Virus record (IMG/VR): IMGVR_UViG_3300037153_000324
Coordinates: 10,374 to 74,373 of that record
Origin: a virus
Length of the DNA stretch: 64,000 nucleotides
Reading direction: 5' to 3' (one strand)
Shown here: in pieces, positions 9,755-18,767 of the stretch
How the letters are laid out: each line of letters begins with the position of its first letter
Position numbering within the stretch: position 1 is the stretch's first letter
Program-made: the position numbers and the translations under genes
The notes under the pieces: generated by a model
Seen by the model: the letters and a program-made list of their open reading frames with translations, nothing else
Databases searched by the model: none
Told to the model about the DNA's origin: nothing

Positions 9755-10551
9755 TGCTAGGTGTAAAGAAAGCCAAATTTCAGAAACAGTCTAGGGGTGA
9801 GTACCCGGAGTATCCTCCGGGTGAAATCGTGATTCCTTGCAATGATCTTGCTAGGTATCACAATTTCACCTACGACTTCAGACTCTTGGACGTGCCAGAT
9901 GGAACAGTCATTTCGATGACTCGTTCTGCTTCGGTGGTCGAGAATTTGAATTTAGCGATTCGTTCGCTGAACAACAATTCGGAATGGGTCTGGATCATGG
10001 GTGACGATCATGCTTTCGGGCGTGACACTCTCATGAAATTGCTGAAGGTGCTGTATGAAAACGATTACAGCATCGTCGTGCCTCTCTGTTGTCGTCGTGG
10101 CCCGCCATTCGGGCTTGTTGTTTTTGACGAGGAGCGAGATGAGGACTACCTTGGGCGAGGGCAATTTCACACGATGCAGTTTCCTGATTTGCCGAAGAGT
10201 GGTCAGTTCGAATGCATAGCCGCTGGCTCTGCTGGAATGCTCATCAACCGAGGCGTTTTTGATGAAATGGGTGAGCCGTGGTTCGAAAATTCGGACAATA
10301 TTACAACGAACGAGGACGTTGTATTTTGCAAGAAGGCTCGCGCACTCGGACATAAAGTGATGGTAGACGTTGACACACGAATCGGACACATCGGAGTCGT
10401 TGGAGTCTGGCCTGACTATCGTGACGGGCAGTGGGGGATTACGCTCGATTTTCAGGGCGTTGGGCAGAACCACATCTTCCTCGCGGGCGGCATCCGGGAA
10501 GGAAATAACGGGGCACCCGAGCCTCGAACTGGAACCCTCGATTGGGAGTGA
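9754..10551 (+). CDS. Glycosyltransferase family 2-like
   Basis: WVWIMGDDH (DxD-like), AAGSAGMLINRGVF, NEDVVFC..AR..G.KV.VD..IGH. Confidence 0.8.
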   Translation: MLGVKKAKFQKQSRGEYPEYPPGEIVIPCNDLARYHNFTYDFRLLDVPDGTVISMTRSASVVENLNLAIRSLNNNSEWVWIMGDDHAFGRDTLMKLLKVLYENDYSIVVPLCCRRGPPFGLVVFDEERDEDYLGRGQFHTMQFPDLPKSGQFECIAAGSAGMLINRGVFDEMGEPWFENSDNITTNEDVVFCKKARALGHKVMVDVDTRIGHIGVVGVWPDYRDGQWGITLDFQGVGQNHIFLAGGIREGNNGAPEPRTGTLDWE

Positions 10552-10684
10552 TCCCATCGTAATTACAGTCTGTGCAAATTGTGGGCGTATGCGATCCGTG
10601 CTTTGGCTGACCAAGGATCGCTGGTACTGCGGAACATGCAGAGCGGAAGGAAAAGCGCCGCCAGATATGTTCCCCATCGGATAG
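10370..10684 (+). CDS. Small Zn-ribbon protein (true start probably near 10550)
   Basis: CANC...WYCGTC; upstream part overlaps the GT2 gene. Confidence 0.4.
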   Translation: MTHESDTSESLESGLTIVTGSGGLRSIFRALGRTTSSSRAASGKEITGHPSLELEPSIGSDPIVITVCANCGRMRSVLWLTKDRWYCGTCRAEGKAPPDMFPIG

Positions 10685-10691
10685 GAGTGAA

Positions 10692-11168
10692 ATGATCGCT
10701 TTTCTTTGCGTAGCGCTGCTCCTTCCTTGGCTGATTGCCAAGATGGCTGAAATTTGGCCGGATGAGGGGCTGGATCTGGCGCTTGGTTTTTTTCCGCGTG
10801 CAGGAACACTTCCAGCAAATACATGGGTAGCACTTTTCACGTCGTATACACCTTCGACGGTTGGGACGAACAACAACGGCCTAGCGAGCTACACGGAGCC
10901 GTCAGGGAACGGCTATGGGCGGCAGACAATTTCAAGTGCTTCATGGGGCGCTCAGGCGGCTGCTACGGCCGGTAGAAAGGTCACAGCAGGTCAGGTGACG
11001 TTTGCGACAGCAACAGGCGCGTGGGGAACGATCAATGGTTTTGCACTTGCGAATGCGCTCTCTGTTGGCTCAGCGTATTTTGCCTGTAATTTCGATGACG
11101 CGACGGCTGTACCGATTCAGTCAAATGATGTAATCAAGGTCACGCCAACCGCCCAATATAATCAATAG
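10692..11168 (+). CDS. Virion structural protein (tail-fibre-associated type)
   Basis: WVALFT, EPSGNGYGRQ, VTF.TAT.AWGTI motifs common in phage virion proteins. Confidence 0.6.
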   Translation: MIAFLCVALLLPWLIAKMAEIWPDEGLDLALGFFPRAGTLPANTWVALFTSYTPSTVGTNNNGLASYTEPSGNGYGRQTISSASWGAQAAATAGRKVTAGQVTFATATGAWGTINGFALANALSVGSAYFACNFDDATAVPIQSNDVIKVTPTAQYNQ

Positions 11169-11178
11169 ACAGTAATTT

Positions 11179-11682
11179 ATGTCTGTTAGCTATTACCAGG
11201 ACAAGAAAAAGCAGTGGTGGGAAGTGAAGGCCCACGGAGCGCGTAGACGCTGTGCGATGCACACTTGTGAGCAGTGTGGAAAGGAATTTCCTCGTTATCG
11301 TGCAAACGGCAAGAGCACGAATCAATACTGTTCACGGGTTTGTGCTAATCGCGCCGAAAAACCACGTAGGATAAGAAGAGGCCCAGATCATCCAAATTAC
11401 AAGGGGGGTCATATCAGCAAGGAAGGTTATCGCCAAATTTATGTAGACCGCAAGCTTGTGTTTGAGCATCGTCATGTCATGGCTGAATTTCTTGGTCGTG
11501 AGCTTTATTCCGACGAGACGGTTCACCACATCAATGGCGATAAGCTAGATAATCGGATTGAAAATCTCGAACTGTGGTCATTTAGGCATCCTCGGGGTCA
11601 GCGAGTTGTAGACCTAATTGACTTTGCGGAGGAAATTCTGATGGTTTACAAGTCAACGCCGACGACTCAGTACAACCAGTAG
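11179..11682 (+). mobile_element. Free-standing HNH homing endonuclease
   Basis: CEQC, YCSRVC, HPNYKGG, EHRHVMAEFLGR.L...ETVHHINGDKLDNRIENLEL. Confidence 0.9.
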
Positions 11683-11690
11683 GTGAAATT

Positions 11691-11960
11691 ATGGAGGTAG
11701 GTCAGAAAGTCAGGATCAAGCATGACGGCCGGGTAGGAAGCATCTCGGATATCGACGGGGAAATGCTGACAGTGTTGCTTCCTGTGGAAAAGTTGCATGA
11801 AGTGAAAAATACAACTATTGCTGACCTAGAGGAGAAGAAAGTCAAGCAGGCAGGCGTCGAGGAAGAGTGGATCGAAGGGCCAGACGTTCACGGGCGCTTT
11901 TGGGATCAGGACGGAAATCAGGTAATTACAGATCCGGATGGGAATAGGGTGGAACTGTAA
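11691..11960 (+). CDS. Hypothetical protein (SH3/KOW-like N-terminus)
   Basis: MEVGQKVRI...G.I. Confidence 0.5.
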   Translation: MEVGQKVRIKHDGRVGSISDIDGEMLTVLLPVEKLHEVKNTTIADLEEKKVKQAGVEEEWIEGPDVHGRFWDQDGNQVITDPDGNRVEL

Positions 11961-12451
11961 TGCCACAGTATATTGCGATTCCAAGAGCAACGAGCAACCC
12001 ATTTGAAGTCATCGAAGTTGCACTGACAGCTTCTCTCAAGACTGTGTTGCAGGTAAAGCCGGTTACGAAAGACCTTGTAATTTGTGGGTGGGGAATTTCA
12101 ACAGATGGGAATGCTTCGGGTACACCATTTGTTGCTGATCTTTGCGCAACTGATGTAGCGGCTACTGTTACAGCGCTTACACCTGACCTGTGGGAGAACG
12201 AGGACGCTGTAGCAGCGCTTGCAGTGGGTGGAACATCGGCCACGGGCTACAACGCATCGGCTGAAGGAACAATTGCGGCGTTTCGTATGTTCGATGCGCA
12301 GGAAATTCGGCCAGATGGTGATAAATACGTGATGTGGTTCCCATTGAAAGAACGGCCGAAGGTTGCGGCTGGTGGATTTGCTCGGGTCAGGGCGCACTAT
12401 TCTGCAACAGGCGTCAATTGCCTTCCTTGGTTGGTGTTTGACGAAACGTAA
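11960..12451 (+). CDS. Virion structural protein (putative)
   Basis: Beta-rich, coupled gene in the structural operon. Confidence 0.5.
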   Translation: MPQYIAIPRATSNPFEVIEVALTASLKTVLQVKPVTKDLVICGWGISTDGNASGTPFVADLCATDVAATVTALTPDLWENEDAVAALAVGGTSATGYNASAEGTIAAFRMFDAQEIRPDGDKYVMWFPLKERPKVAAGGFARVRAHYSATGVNCLPWLVFDET

Positions 12452-13188
12452 TGGGTTCTCGTTCGATTACTCCTGAATTTCTCATGTTGCGAAATAGTGC
12501 TTCGCCAGTTGGCGGCACTTTACCTACGGGTGCATTTGTAAATGGCGCAGATGCAACGGGGTTTGCGACAGGTGCTCGTACACCACGGGATTTGATTCCG
12601 TTCATGGGTGTAGCAACAAATATATTTCTCTCCTTTACGTCTAACCCTGACACGAATCCGCAAGCGTGGGGGTTGGGGCGTTGGGTTTCACGACCATTGC
12701 GTGCCCCATATTCAGTAAACGTAAATTCTCTAATACAATTTACTTTTGCACAAGGAAATTCTGCTCATCAAGCAAATTATTACGCTTGCGGATATATCTG
12801 GCGTCCGAGCACAGGTGTACAGATTGGCAGTGTGGTTGAAGGTACTGCTGGTGCAATAGGCTCTACATCACTACAGTGGTCAATTTCTGTTCCAGTAATT
12901 GCATCGGCAGATAGGGCACTGGTTCAAGATGGTGATGTATATGTTCTTGAGATAAGCGACAGGTTTACGCAGCAAAGCGCAGTAGCTTACACTTCTACAG
13001 TGTATTTTGATGGGCAAGATCCTCCTACGTCGCCTATTACCAGTCCCGCTTCTTCAGTTAGGTTTTCTGCAATTGTAAATGGGATTCGCACAGGGATAGC
13101 AGTACAGACTGCTGAGAATATTTCTGTTGCTGAAATGTATTCTTACCCCAAAAGCATTGCTCGCAATAGAGTGGCGGTGTATAGCTAG
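12451..13188 (+). CDS. Virion structural protein (putative)
   Basis: Ser/Thr/Gly-rich, coupled gene. Confidence 0.5.
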   Translation: MGSRSITPEFLMLRNSASPVGGTLPTGAFVNGADATGFATGARTPRDLIPFMGVATNIFLSFTSNPDTNPQAWGLGRWVSRPLRAPYSVNVNSLIQFTFAQGNSAHQANYYACGYIWRPSTGVQIGSVVEGTAGAIGSTSLQWSISVPVIASADRALVQDGDVYVLEISDRFTQQSAVAYTSTVYFDGQDPPTSPITSPASSVRFSAIVNGIRTGIAVQTAENISVAEMYSYPKSIARNRVAVYS

Positions 13189-15833
13189 TGCCCCGTCGCG
13201 GTAGATCCTGGCCTGCACGTCCATACGTTGAGTATTTCAGGCCGAAATTGCCCTGGATGCCTATTGGCTCGGGAATTTCGCAAAAGTCTAGCTCAGGTGT
13301 TTGCAATAGGAGTCTCAGTACGCTTGTTGACTCATTCGATGCAATGCTCGACAGCACGAAGTGGCCTGATTCGACCGCAGGGGTCGTTTGGGATGCCGCT
13401 GGCCGAGTAAAACTCCCTTGCACTTCTAGCTATGAGCGAATTGCTACTTCCATCTCGCTCGGAAATTTCTTTTTGACCGGCTCTGGTATTCAGGCGCAGA
13501 TAACTCCTCCATCATTCGGGAATGGTGGCCGTGAAATTTGGCTTGAGGTATCGCGGGTTGGAGTTGTAAACCAAGACAAGCTCTCCATGTGTTATTCCGG
13601 TGGCTATCTGGTCGCTCGTCAGACGGTTGGTGGGTCAACACAGAGCCAGACCACTGCTTACTATGCCGCTGGCACTCATGCTTTTTGGCGAATTCGTGAG
13701 CAGGGTGGCACAGTGTATTTCGAGACTTCCCCGGATGGCTCTACATGGAATCCGTTTTGGTCAGTTGCGCCAGCATTTGCAATTACAAATGTGTGGGCGT
13801 CAGTTCGATGTGGGTATTTTGGTACCGAATCGGCGGATAACGGCTACGTCGATAACATCAATTTCATTGCTCCGTATACGACCGCTAAAATCGAAACACT
13901 TACAGATGCATTCGATACGACGGTTGACTTTTCAAAATGGAATTGGTCATCGGGTTCTGTGGTTTGGGATTCTGGCGCAGGTGGTCGAGCAAAAATCCCA
14001 TGTGCCACATCTTATTACTCTCTTGCTACAGCAATGACAGGGCCGTGGTATGACCTGACTGGCTCAGCAGTATTTGCGAAAATGACACCGCCGCCGAATG
14101 GCGCGGGTTCGCGTGAATTTTACATCGAAGCTCTCCGTGCAACTGTAAACACTGACAAAGTATCGTTCTTTTGGGCGTCAGGAAATCTTTACTGGCGCTT
14201 GACACGCGGGGGAGTGCAGATAAGCCAATCGAGCATCCCCTACGATGCAGTAAATCATGCCTGGCTGCGAATTCGCGAATCTGGTGGAACAGTGTATTTT
14301 GACACTTCACCTGATGGTGCTGTATGGACAAATAGAGCTTCGCTTGTACCAGGGTTCGATGTGTCGAAAATTTGGGTCAATTTCAGTGCTGGTTACTGGT
14401 CAACCGAATCGGCCTCGGATGCTTATGTCGATAGTGTAAATATTGCGCCGTATACTGGCGTTACTTACACAAAAGCTGGTTCGGGAATTTTAGAAAGCAA
14501 TGCGAGCGGCACAAGAGTAAAAGTTTGGAGTAAGACTGGCTCTGGAATTTCAGCGCATGCAGCAAATGGATCAGATGCTTCTACTTTTGTAGATTCAGGC
14601 GTAGGGGTTTCCGAAAACACTGGTTCTGGTTTCGAGGCGAAGTCGCATGCTGTTGTGCTAGCGGGGTCAGGAATCAAAACTCATGCTGCTAGTGGACTAG
14701 ATGCAATTACTTTTGGTAAAACCGGCTCCGGTGTCAAAGATTCGTTTGCGAACGGAGTACGTGCCCGAGAATATGCCAAAACCGGAAATGGAGTCTCAAG
14801 TCGCGTTGGTAGCGGCCAGGATGCCTTCCTGCCTATGGAGACAGGGCTAACTGTCAGGGTCGAGACTGCAAATGGCTCAAAGGCAATTACGTTTGCAAAG
14901 GCAGGTGCAGGAATTTCTGCGCGAGTCAGTAGTGGGGCCGATATTTACATATTCGGCAAGACTGGCGCAGGAATTTCAGGACGAATTGGTGGCGGAATGT
15001 ATGTGCGTGCGGGTGGAGCACAGAAGCTCGGCTCGGGAATCCGAGAAAATTCAGCATCCGGCTTTGACGCGACGATCTACTCCAAATCTGGCTCTGGAAT
15101 TCGTGCAAGCGCCGCAGGCGGTATCAGGAATTACGCGCTTGGCAAGACAGGTGTCGGAATTTCCATTCTGGCCGCGTCTGGAAGTAAAGCGCCTGTCTTT
15201 GCCAAGACTGGGGTCGGAATTAGTGCTCGAATTTCCTCTGGCAACAAAAACTATGTCGCTGGTAAAACAGGTGCAGGTATCAGCGAGCGTGCTGCTAGTG
15301 GGTCAAAACTACTGATGTTTGGGAAAACAGGCACGGGAATTTCAAGCCGTGTTGGTAGTGGAGCCACTGTCAAGTCGGTCATCTGGTTCAAGGCAGGTGC
15401 AGGGATTCGTGTCCAGTCTGCATCCGGTGTTTGGGACAAGGACGTTCTCAAGGCCGGTGGAGCAGAAAGAGTCCAGAGCGCATCTGGAACGCGAATTCGT
15501 GAAATTCAGAAGGCCGGAATTGTTGTTATGTTGCATTCGGCTGGTGGCTTCACGGTTACTCAGTTCGGTAAGAGCGGAACCGGGATTCGTGACTCAGCAA
15601 GCGGCGGCGAATCGAAGTTTGTGGCTGGAATTACCTTCACTGATGAGATATGGCTTCTGCGAGCCGGGGAATCGGATGCGATTCTGGAAGCAATTACAAC
15701 TGGCTCGAAGCCGGAGCTTGAATCCGTGTACGAAGTGCTGACGGATGATGAAATGATCGAGGCTGTGCGAACTGCGCCTGCTGAATTGGTCGAAGTTGGA
15801 CAAGGTAAAGCTGAACTAGAGAGGGTGGGCTAA
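13188..15833 (+). CDS. Fibre/adhesin-like protein: two tandem lectin-like domains plus ~19-aa repeats
   Basis: Duplicated W.RIRE.GGTVYF.TSPDG..W domain; repeated KTGSGIS.R.ASG units. Confidence 0.6.
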   Translation: MPRRGRSWPARPYVEYFRPKLPWMPIGSGISQKSSSGVCNRSLSTLVDSFDAMLDSTKWPDSTAGVVWDAAGRVKLPCTSSYERIATSISLGNFFLTGSGIQAQITPPSFGNGGREIWLEVSRVGVVNQDKLSMCYSGGYLVARQTVGGSTQSQTTAYYAAGTHAFWRIREQGGTVYFETSPDGSTWNPFWSVAPAFAITNVWASVRCGYFGTESADNGYVDNINFIAPYTTAKIETLTDAFDTTVDFSKWNWSSGSVVWDSGAGGRAKIPCATSYYSLATAMTGPWYDLTGSAVFAKMTPPPNGAGSREFYIEALRATVNTDKVSFFWASGNLYWRLTRGGVQISQSSIPYDAVNHAWLRIRESGGTVYFDTSPDGAVWTNRASLVPGFDVSKIWVNFSAGYWSTESASDAYVDSVNIAPYTGVTYTKAGSGILESNASGTRVKVWSKTGSGISAHAANGSDASTFVDSGVGVSENTGSGFEAKSHAVVLAGSGIKTHAASGLDAITFGKTGSGVKDSFANGVRAREYAKTGNGVSSRVGSGQDAFLPMETGLTVRVETANGSKAITFAKAGAGISARVSSGADIYIFGKTGAGISGRIGGGMYVRAGGAQKLGSGIRENSASGFDATIYSKSGSGIRASAAGGIRNYALGKTGVGISILAASGSKAPVFAKTGVGISARISSGNKNYVAGKTGAGISERAASGSKLLMFGKTGTGISSRVGSGATVKSVIWFKAGAGIRVQSASGVWDKDVLKAGGAERVQSASGTRIREIQKAGIVVMLHSAGGFTVTQFGKSGTGIRDSASGGESKFVAGITFTDEIWLLRAGESDAILEAITTGSKPELESVYEVLTDDEMIEAVRTAPAELVEVGQGKAELERVG

Positions 15834-16549
15834 TGGCAACAGTCACACTTGATTTCAGACCACCCACCGATCCGGATATTTCGGTGCTGCATGTTTACGA
15901 AGCGCCAACATCGGACGGGCCGTGGGATGAAATTGACACGGTTACTCCTGTTGGCACGTATCCGACATACATCACTCGGTATACGACCCAAAATGCATCC
16001 GATCCGAAAAACTGGTTCGCAATCGAGTGGGAAAGCACGCTCGGGGCCAAATCTGGCCTCTCTGAGCCGCTTCAGGGAGGGTTTGATCCGCTTTTGAGTG
16101 AAATTGTCAACCGGGTTTTGCTTCGTGACTCGTCCCTGGATGAGAATATCGTCGCTCAGGAAGCTGAAGCGGTTGTCGAGGGCTTTTTCCCGCTGGAAGA
16201 GCTTTCAAGTATCCCTGCGAACGAGGCAACTGCCCGTCAGCTTTCCGGTTTTACTCTTCTGACGATGGCAAGGGCCTATTTGAGTGAAATTCTCAAGCAA
16301 TCGGCAGGCGTCAGCGGAAACGTGCAGAGCTTCACGGCTGGACTGGTTCAAATTTCAAGCGGAACGACCGCTGGAAGCGGGAAAACGACAAGTATTGACA
16401 TGATCGAGAAGATCATCGAGAATGCCAACTCCCTCCTTGGTCGGAGCTACAGCTACATCGTACTGCTAGAAGAAATCGCGGTGGCTGGTGGTTACAAGCA
16501 ACTCGACTTCTCAATGGACGAGTCCCGGCTGATCTTTGAAATTGGCTGA
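15833..16549 (+). CDS. Head-tail adaptor (putative)
   Basis: Synteny; N-terminal Fn3-like segment and helical C-terminus. Confidence 0.45.
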   Translation: MATVTLDFRPPTDPDISVLHVYEAPTSDGPWDEIDTVTPVGTYPTYITRYTTQNASDPKNWFAIEWESTLGAKSGLSEPLQGGFDPLLSEIVNRVLLRDSSLDENIVAQEAEAVVEGFFPLEELSSIPANEATARQLSGFTLLTMARAYLSEILKQSAGVSGNVQSFTAGLVQISSGTTAGSGKTTSIDMIEKIIENANSLLGRSYSYIVLLEEIAVAGGYKQLDFSMDESRLIFEIG

Positions 16550-17055
16550 TGAGCACGATTCCCGCATTCATTGCTCTTCTCAACCAGCACGGCTCTGACG
16601 TGCATTTTCATCGGTCGGATTCGATGATTCCTTGCCCCTGCCGGACACCGGAAGGCTATCGGGATATGTCCTGGCACATTATGAACCCTGAAGCTCCGAT
16701 GTGCGATGAAAATGGAATGCTGTCTGATCCGAATGCGCTATCGGATCTGATCGTCAAGGCTTTTTGCCAGCCAATTCAGTCTACGCGAGCTACAAGGCTG
16801 AATTCCGAGGTAATTGCAGCCATGTTTGGAGATATTCAGGCTGACGACCATCTCGGGATCTTCCCGGTCGAGTGGCAAGGCACGACGTTGAATTTCAGAC
16901 AGTGGGGCATGTCTGGCGAGGATTACGTCGAGTACGCGAATCAGCGTTTTACAATAGTAAATTCCAATTTGATTCCTGACCCTGACGACGGCAACCCATG
17001 GCATCATTGGGAAACCGGCCTAAGGTTGATTGGAGACGCTACGTGGTTAGGTTGA
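16549..17055 (+). CDS. Head-closure/stopper protein (putative)
   Basis: Synteny; CPC motif; HHWE.GLR C-terminus. Confidence 0.5.
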   Translation: MSTIPAFIALLNQHGSDVHFHRSDSMIPCPCRTPEGYRDMSWHIMNPEAPMCDENGMLSDPNALSDLIVKAFCQPIQSTRATRLNSEVIAAMFGDIQADDHLGIFPVEWQGTTLNFRQWGMSGEDYVEYANQRFTIVNSNLIPDPDDGNPWHHWETGLRLIGDATWLG

Positions 17056-17486
17056 CACAAAACGACTGGCGCTATTTGGCAGGACTTTTCGACGGTGAAG
17101 GCTGTGTGACTATTTGTGTTGCGACACGAAAAACAGCTACATCAAGTTGCCAAGCAGGGACAAGAGCGCTAAATACATCTTTGAGGATTGCCAATAATGA
17201 TCCTCGCGTTCTACTTTGGCTTGAAAAGAATTTTGGTGGCAAGGTTCGACAACATAGTGCTAAACGTCTATCGTGGGTCTGGATTGTACAAGGAGATAAG
17301 TCAGTAGAGGCAGCAAGTCAATTACTGAAATACTCGCGCATGAAAAAAGATCAGTTAGAGGCGTTTATTGCTCTTCAGGCATTACGTGTGCGTTCTGGCA
17401 TGCGCGTTTCTGAGCGTGATTGGCGACAACGTGAAAAACTAGTCAATGTAATTCGTATGTCCGAGTACAGAAGGAAAGCATCGTGA
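17043..17486 (+). mobile_element. Free-standing LAGLIDADG homing endonuclease
   Basis: YLAGLFDGEGCV, L.WL..NFGG, LLKYSRMKKDQ; GTG start after GGAG. Confidence 0.9.
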
Positions 17487-17520
17487 TCGGAATGCGCTTG
17501 ATTGGTAGTGAGGGCGAGTA

Positions 17521-18114
17521 ATGGCAAGGCTTCCGCTCTACCAATCTCGAAATGGCCTCACTGTTGACAAGCAGACGATCAATGCTATCGAAGAGGAAAT
17601 TCGCTGGTGTCAAGTAGAAGTGCCGCAATTGCTAGCGAAAAATCTCGACACCTTAGTTCGAATTACTGCGCTCAAAGGTCAGATGGAATGTAGACGCATG
17701 GCCGCTGGTGTTTACGATCCTACTCAGTCTCGGCCGGACATGGCTTGGAAGATCCCAGTGCGTAGAATTACAGAGCGCTACTTCTATGGCTGGAAAGTCC
17801 GTAGACGAGGGATTGCCGTGTGGGAAGTCTACAACGATTCTCGCGAGGCATATTACATCGAATACGGTATCTCGCTTAGCGGACGGCGAGTGAGAAGGCC
17901 AATTTTGAAATTGGCAGTTCGCAGAACGCTCGATTACATGCGAGCTACTCAAGCTGCGCATCGGTTTTTTTCCTCGGTGGTTGGTGATCCTCAGCACCGG
18001 CATCGAAGCGGAAAAGGATTTGTAATTTACGCGCAGTCGCCTCCAATGCGCTTGGTTGGCGTTACGGGGCCAAATCTTCCTGCTGATCCGCCTAGCGGAG
18101 TGACGTTGATATGA
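17521..18114 (+). CDS. Neck protein (HK97 gp10-like)
   Basis: VYNDSREAYYIEYG...RRPILK.A. Confidence 0.6.
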   Translation: MARLPLYQSRNGLTVDKQTINAIEEEIRWCQVEVPQLLAKNLDTLVRITALKGQMECRRMAAGVYDPTQSRPDMAWKIPVRRITERYFYGWKVRRRGIAVWEVYNDSREAYYIEYGISLSGRRVRRPILKLAVRRTLDYMRATQAAHRFFSSVVGDPQHRHRSGKGFVIYAQSPPMRLVGVTGPNLPADPPSGVTLI

Positions 18115-18752
18115 CGCAGACGAACGTTTACAACCCCGAGCTTCCTATCGAGACGGCTGTGCGTGCCCTGAAGGAGTACGCAGAGACGCAACTCGACAAA
18201 TCGGTGATGTACAACGGCACACCGCAGGGTCATCAGATTTATCAGGTGGTCATGGAATTTCCGGCATCGCAAGTGCCTCCTGCTAAAGTACCGCTGTCCA
18301 AAAACGTCGTCCATTTTGAAATTGATGAGGTAACACCGCGCATTCTCGGTCTTGGTGACAACATCTTCGCCGACAATTTCAATGATGGCGATTATTCGAT
18401 GCAACCGCAGGAAGGCTCAGTAATCGAGATGAACTGGGACGTGGGCGTGTGGACGAGTGACAAGACTGGTGGGACGACTGCTCGAATGCGGGCCTATCAG
18501 ACGTTACAGTTCATGTTCAACGGAGCGCTTGCAATTACTCGACTACGGCTTGCCACGGATTCCGGTGATGGTGGTCTTGAAATTCTCAAATTCGAGGGAG
18601 GGAGATTTATCACAGAGCGCGTAAACGACATTGATCTGTTTCGGATCACCGATTCGACTCTGACGATCCGAATTTTCACACGAACCCCGAAGGACGTGGT
18701 TATGGCTGCAATCGAAGATATTTCCCAAGATCCGCACTTCGACGTGGAATAG
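18111..18752 (+). CDS. Tail terminator/completion protein (putative)
   Basis: Synteny before the sheath gene. Confidence 0.45.
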   Translation: MTQTNVYNPELPIETAVRALKEYAETQLDKSVMYNGTPQGHQIYQVVMEFPASQVPPAKVPLSKNVVHFEIDEVTPRILGLGDNIFADNFNDGDYSMQPQEGSVIEMNWDVGVWTSDKTGGTTARMRAYQTLQFMFNGALAITRLRLATDSGDGGLEILKFEGGRFITERVNDIDLFRITDSTLTIRIFTRTPKDVVMAAIEDISQDPHFDVE

Positions 18753-18767
18753 GGAGGAGGAATTACA

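Noticed and set aside
9952-10833. Long minus-strand ORFs (also 8217-8903, 42157-42804, 60046-60885)
   Set aside because: Antisense shadows of well-supported plus-strand genes; no motifs or SD sites
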